64,000 nucleotides of DNA from assembly GCF_009914755.1 (NCBI RefSeq), contig NC_060927.1, one strand, 5' to 3'. The translations under genes were made by a program, and so were the position numbers. The notes under the pieces were generated by a model. The model was not told the DNA's origin and searched no databases. It saw only the letters and a list, made by a program, of their open reading frames with translations. The stretch is from the human T2T-CHM13v2.0 reference genome, Homo sapiens. Positions 56,870 through 64,000 of this stretch are shown one piece after another (positions within the stretch are counted from its first letter, which is position 1; every line of letters begins with the position of its first letter).

Positions 56870-59595
56870 TGATTTATTTATTTATAAAATTTTAATTGGA
56901 AAATTAAAAATTAAAAAAGGTTCTGAAGGTAGATTCCATTTCTTGGCTATTGTGAATAATTACTACTATGAACAAGCAAGTGCAGATATCTCTTTGGCAT
57001 ACTGATTCTATTCCCTTCAGATGTGTACCCAGTAGTGGGATTGCTGGATGATATGGTAGTTCTATTTTTAATTTTTTGAGAAACCTCTATACTGTTTTCT
57101 CTAATGGCTATACTAATTTACATTCCCACCAAGAATGTGCAAGGATTCCCTTTTCTCCACATCCTCATCAACATTTATCTTTCATCTTTTTCCTAATAGC
57201 CATTCTAACAGGTGTGAGTTGATAGCTCATTGTGGATTTAATTTGTGTTTCTCTGATGACTAGTCATGGTGAGCATGTTTTCATATACCTGTCGGCTCTT
57301 TGTATGTCTTCTTTTGAGAAATATCTATTCAGGTCCTTTGCCTATTTTTAAAATTAGGATATTGAATTGATATATGTTAACCCCTTATTAGATCTATGGT
57401 TTGCAAATACTTCCTCCCGTATCAGACATATGTTATGTCTTCACCATGTTGATTGTTTCCTTGGCTGTGTTTTTCAGTTTGATGTAGTCCCATTCATCCA
57501 TTTTCACTTTTGTTTCCTGTGCTTTTAGTGTCATGTCCAATAAATAAGTGACCAGACCAATGTCACAGAGCTTTTCGGCTGTGTTTTCTTCTAGTAGTTT
57601 TATAGTTTCAGGTCTTATATTTACATTTTTAATCCCTTTTGAGTTGATTTTTGTATGTAGTATGAAATAAAGGTCTAATTTCATTCTTCTGCTTGTGGAC
57701 ATCTAGCTGTCCCAACAATATTTATTGAATAGACTGTCCTTTTGCTCTTGTGTATTCTCAGTACCTTTGTCAAAACTCAATTGACTGTAATCACATGGAT
57801 TTGTTTCTGGGATCTCTATTCTGTTCCACTGATCTATGTAATAGTTTTTATGCCAGTACCATACTCTGTTTATTATTGTAGCTTTGTAGTGTATTTTGAA
57901 GTCATGTAGTGTGATGCCTTCAATTTTGTTTTTTTTTTTTGTTTGTTTGTTTGTTTGTTTTTACTCAAGATAGCTTTGGCTGTTTGAGGAATACTGTGGT
58001 TCCATATGAATTTTAGGACTTTTTTTTATTTCTGTGAAAAATGTTATTGGAATTTTTATATCAATCACATTTAATCTGTAGATTGCTTTGGGTAGTATGG
58101 GCATCTTAATAGTATTCTTCTAATCAATGAACGTGAGACATGTTTCCATTTATTTGTGTATTCTTCAATTTCTTTTATCAATTTTGGATCTTTTTTTAAT
58201 GTACAGGCCTTTCATCTCCTTGGTTAAATTTAATTTTAAGTATTTGATATTTTTGTAGTGATGGTAAATGGGATTTTAAAAATTGCATTTTTGGCTATTC
58301 ATTGTTAAGTGTACTTAACATACATTACTATATTGTATGTTGATTTTTTATCCAGCAATTTTACTGAATTTGTTTATTAGTTCCAATAGTTTTTTGGTGG
58401 AATTTTTTAGGCTACATTATAGATAAAATCATGTTACTTACAAACAAGGATAATTTAACTTCTTCCTTTCCATTTTGAATGCCCTTTATTTCTTTTTCTT
58501 GCTTAATTGTTCTCGCTAGGGGACGTCCAGTAATATGTTCAATAGAAGTGGTAAGAGTGGGAATCCTTGTCTTGTTCCTAATCTCAGAAAAGAAAAATTT
58601 CAACTTTCCCTCATTGAATGAGATATTAGCTATGGTCCATCATATATGTCCTTTCAGGTATTGAGATACATTCCTTCTATACCTAATTTGTTGAGATTTT
58701 TTATCATGAAAGGGGATTGGATTTTGTAAAATAATTTTTCTGCAACTATTGAGATTATCATATGGTTTTTGTCCTTCATTCTGTTAAGGTGATTTATCAT
58801 ATTTATAGATTTATGTATGTTGAACCACCTTTACATCACTGGAATAAATCGCACTTGATCATGGTGAATGCTTCTTTTAATGTGCTGTTAAATTTGACTT
58901 GCTAGTATTTTGTTGAGGTTATTTACATCTATGTTCATCAGGGATATTCGCCTGTAATATTCTTCTCTTGCAGTGTTCTTGTCAGGCTTTGATGACAGGA
59001 AAATGCTGGCCCTATAAAATGTATTTAAAAGTATTCCCTCTGCTGCAATTTTTTGGAAGTCTTGTTTGAAAAGTATTAGTATCGGTTCTTCTTTAAATGT
59101 TTGTTAACAGTGAAATCATCAGGTCCCGGACTTTTCTTTCATGGGAAAAATGTTATTACTGTTTCAATCTCCTTGTTATTGGTCTGTTCAGATTTTCCAT
59201 TACTTCATGGTTTAGTCTTGGTTTTTATGTTTTAGTTTTATGTGTCTAAGAATGTATCCATTTTTTCTAAGTTATCCAATTTGTTGGTATATAATTGTTC
59301 ATAGAAGTCTCCTATGATCCTTTGTATTTTTGGTATCAGCTATAATATCTCCTCTTTCATTTCTGATATTATTTGAGTCTTCTTTCTTTTTGTTCTTTGT
59401 TGGTCTAGCTAAAGGTTTGTCAATTTTGTTTGTTTAAAAAAAAAAAAAAAACTCTTGGTTTTGTTGACCTTTTCTATTGTTTTTCTAGTTCTACTTCACT
59501 TATTTCTGCTCTGATCTTTGTTTTTTTTTTATTCTGCTAACTTTGGCCTTAATTTCTCTTTCTTTTTCTGATTCCTTGAAGTTTAACATTAGGAT
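56870..59595 (-). mobile_element. Old L1 (L1MA-like) ORF2/3' region, ~2.7 kb, degenerate
   Basis: Minus-strand ORF fragments translate to L1 ORF2-like peptides (KLDLYFILHTKINSKGIKNVNIRPETIKLLEEN; LARTIKQEKEIKGIQNGKEEVKLSLF). Confidence 0.9.
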
Positions 59596-60629
59596 ATCTC
59601 TTTACTATCAGCTGTATTTAAAAAAAAATGAGGTTCTTTTATGACCTCATTTCAAGAGTCAATAAACTTTCCATACTCTTTAGGTACATACACTAGATTA
59701 TGTAATTTTTTTCTACAGAAATAATGTTTTAGGTATAGAAAAATTATACACATGAATGCAACCTTTGCTTTGTATTCCTGAAAACTTGGAAATAACCTAA
59801 TATGCACAAATAGAAATGGCTAAACTCTGGTTAAAACTATAGAGTATTTTATAATTATGTAAAGGAAAAATTGTTAAGACTCTGAGGCAGCATGGAAACC
59901 TAGCTATAGTATGATATTAATTGCGAAAAAAAAAGACAAATCTATGTATGCTCTGCTAATAACTAGGTCAAAATGTGAAGTATGATGGCTTCTGACAATG
60001 TTTTTACTTGATATGTGTAATTATCAGTTGACATGTCTCTCTCCTCTGCACTGTGACTTCTTTGATGGGGAGAGCATATTTTGCCATATGTGCAAAAACA
60101 AGACCTAGCACATAATATGAGCTAATAAATATTTCTGAATTAACCCTTGAAAAGGTAGCAAAAAAATAAAATTATATAATTGTATCCATGATCTGACCAC
60201 AATTCTCTAAACATAATGCATTTAGAAGGCAAAGGTCTAAAGGAATTGTATAGAAGTGATTACAAGGGTTCTTGTGTGGTGAGGTATTGATTTTTCAATG
60301 TTCATTATATGTTTAAAAAATTCTCCTATCTATAATAGAAAACAACAATAATGACTAAAGTAGTATTAGCACAATTTAGCAATACTGAGATGCAAGAAAA
60401 ACTCATTTTTTCAATAATGAGAAAATATGAAGATTCATATTGTCATTAAAATTCAATTATATATGTGAAATTTTGAATCTCTGTTATTTGGAATGAGATG
60501 TCAAGAAAGAGAAACTTCTAACTACTAATCATAATATAAGGCCTCTCGTCATCTGGCTTGTTCTCTCCTCTCTAACACCAGAAATAGTGTACATTTGTAT
60601 AATATAATCTATTTTTTCCCCATATCTCC

Positions 60630-61882
<1,253 letters not shown>

Positions 61883-62099
61883 TATAACTCTTGAGTGTAG
61901 GGAGTATTCACATTCTACTCCATGTGAATAGCATCTCTAGAATTATACAATGAGCAACCTATGTGGCCATAGTGATGGCTCTGGTCAATTCTTATCTCTT
62001 ACCACATATCCAACCAACCATACCTAATTATTTACATGCCACATGGAAAAATACTTTGGTGCCTGTTCTCTTTGCCTGTAACGTAACAAGCACCCCACA

Positions 62100-62320
62100 T
62101 TTACTAATAATGACTAATATATAGTAAGCATTTTCTATGTACATAAATTATTCTAAGAGTTTTACATATATGATAGCAGTTTTTTCAAATTGATATAATT
62201 ATTGTCTTCATTTTCTAGGTGAAAGAGACAAGGAACTTGCCTAAGTTGCCATAACATGAAATAGCAGATTTGGGATATAAATTCAGGTCTGCTTTGTTTT
62301 AAAGCCTGGGTATTTAATGT
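62100..62320 (-). mobile_element. MIR SINE (degenerate)
   Basis: attattgtcttcattttctaggtgaa...gaacttgcctaagttgccata...gatttgggatataaattcaggtctg. Confidence 0.55.
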
Positions 62321-63268
62321 CTCACATGTCATCCCTCTTTTATGCTGCCTGTGTGCTCTTCCTTGACTTGCGAGACTCAGCTGATAAATTCCTCAAAGCT
62401 TTCCCTGTGCCTTCCACGCTAGCCCAAGCTGCCTTAGGTATCCTTCCTCTATATCCCTTAATACAAGTCTGTTCTCCCAAAAGTATACCCAGAATTTAGC
62501 AAGCTGTGTATAATCAGTGATTTTTCTTTATTCATGTTTCACTTAAACTATGGGCTTATCAAGAGTGAGAATTGTACACCTATTCAGAACAACAACAAAG
62601 GACTGTATCGTATTCATTTCTTGTTCACTCATGCTTAGCACATGCTTTGCACGTGAAGTAGTTGTCCAATGCATGTCTAAAAGAATAAAATGATGAATGG
62701 CTTAACCACATCTCAGATTCTCAATTCATGGTTATAGCACAAAAAAATGATCATGCATGTGATTTTGGCTGTGATTAGAAACTGGGATAAAATTGCAGCC
62801 ATTTATCACAGAGATGGAATAAGCACAATTTCTTATTAAGTACCTGTGGACTCCATACTTTTGCAGATACACTGCTTCTTTAAACAATGCTTTAATCACA
62901 ACATTTGGCTGCTTCAAACCTGTATGTGACTTGTTATTTCATTCTTTATCAAGTTTGAATTCCTCAGTATAGATTTAAAGAGCACTCATATCATAGATCA
63001 ACCCATAGTGATTTTCACCTTGTTCTAATATGTATCTTTGACACCAAGAAGACCAGTCACTTTACTCTCCCAACGCGCTATACTTATACCACCATTCAGT
63101 CTTTACTCAGCTCATACTCCAGCTCATTATTCTTCTTCCATTCTAAACCTGACTTAGATTATTAGGCAAATTTAAATTCTACTTACTTTATAGAGGGTTC
63201 CCTGTCTAGGTTAGCTCTTGGTAAAGTCCCTTTTCTATTGCCTATGTCAAATAATGTACCATATGATA

Positions 63269-63514
63269 CAGGTTGAGTATCCCTTTTCTGAAATGCTTGA
63301 GACCAGAAGTATTTCAGATTTCAGATTTTTTTTTTCAAATCATGGAATATTTGCATTCTAATTGAGCATCTCAAATCCAAAAACTCAAAACCCAAAATGC
63401 TCCAATAAGCATTTTCTTGGAGCATGAATTTTGAGCATCATATAAGCAACTCAAAACATTTCAAATTTTAGAGCTTTTGGATTTCAGATTTTTGGATTAG
63501 GGATGCTCAATTTG
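63269..63514. mobile_element. Tigger4a/MER46-like MITE
   Basis: Termini caggttgagtatccct ... agggatgctcaatttg with internal tttcagattt repeats, flanked by TA. Confidence 0.8.
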
Positions 63515-63774
63515 TAATATTGTTGACTATTTGCAGCATTGCTTTAGTTATGTTAGCATTGTTTATTTTTTCCTATAAAGATATGAGCAGATGCTATGCA
63601 TTTCTCTTGTTTAAAATTACAAGTTATTGTGTGCCCACTCTGTGCTAAAATCTATTCTGCATGTTTTACAAATATTTTATTATGAAAAGATTTGAGTTTC
63701 CTTTTGGTTAGTGATAAAGGAGAAAATCTTTCAACAGATGCCATGAGAACTGATTAAAATAAAAAGTTAATTTT

Positions 63775-64000
63775 GGCCGGGCGTGGTGGCTCACGCCTGT
63801 AATCCCAACACTTTGGGAGGCCAAGGTGGGTGGATCACGAGGTGAGGAGATCAAGACCTATTGGCTAACATGGTGAAACTCCGCCTCTACTAAAAATACA
63901 AAAAATTAGTGGGACATGGCGGCATGCACCTGTAATCCCAGCTACTTGGGAGGCTGAGGCGGGAGAATCACTTGAATCCAGGAGCAGAGGTTACAGTGAG
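63775..64000 (+). mobile_element. Alu (S-type), cut by the window end
   Basis: ggccgggcgtggtggctcacgcctgtaatccc... Confidence 0.95.

Overview
This is human genomic DNA (Alu/L1/LTR12C content, including a consensus-like human-specific AluYb8). The window lies inside the very long RBMS3 gene, transcribed from the + strand. The only coding sequence I can support is one 59-nt internal exon (40863-40921). It encodes YGKIVSTKAILDKNTNQCK(G), the RRM1 segment leading into RNP1. The rest is intron filled with transposon remnants: about 14 Alus, two large antisense L1 pieces, L2/MIR, MaLR LTRs, Tigger/hAT MITEs, and a full solo LTR12C nested in an Alu nested in an old L1. The most striking structure not explained by repeats is a 260-bp, indel-free, ~96% identical inverted duplication of apparently unique intronic sequence (19241-19500 vs 19977-20236, 476-bp loop). 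It is predicted to fold the RBMS3 pre-mRNA into a long dsRNA stem and lies about 5 kb downstream of an antisense-facing LTR12C promoter. Also notable are a recursive-splice-like AG|GT start of the coding exon, a close inverted Alu pair, and a candidate Alu poison exon. The remaining ORF-track entries look like noise or repeat-derived ORFs. Repeat subfamily names come from memory of consensus sequences, and boundaries without TSDs are approximate.
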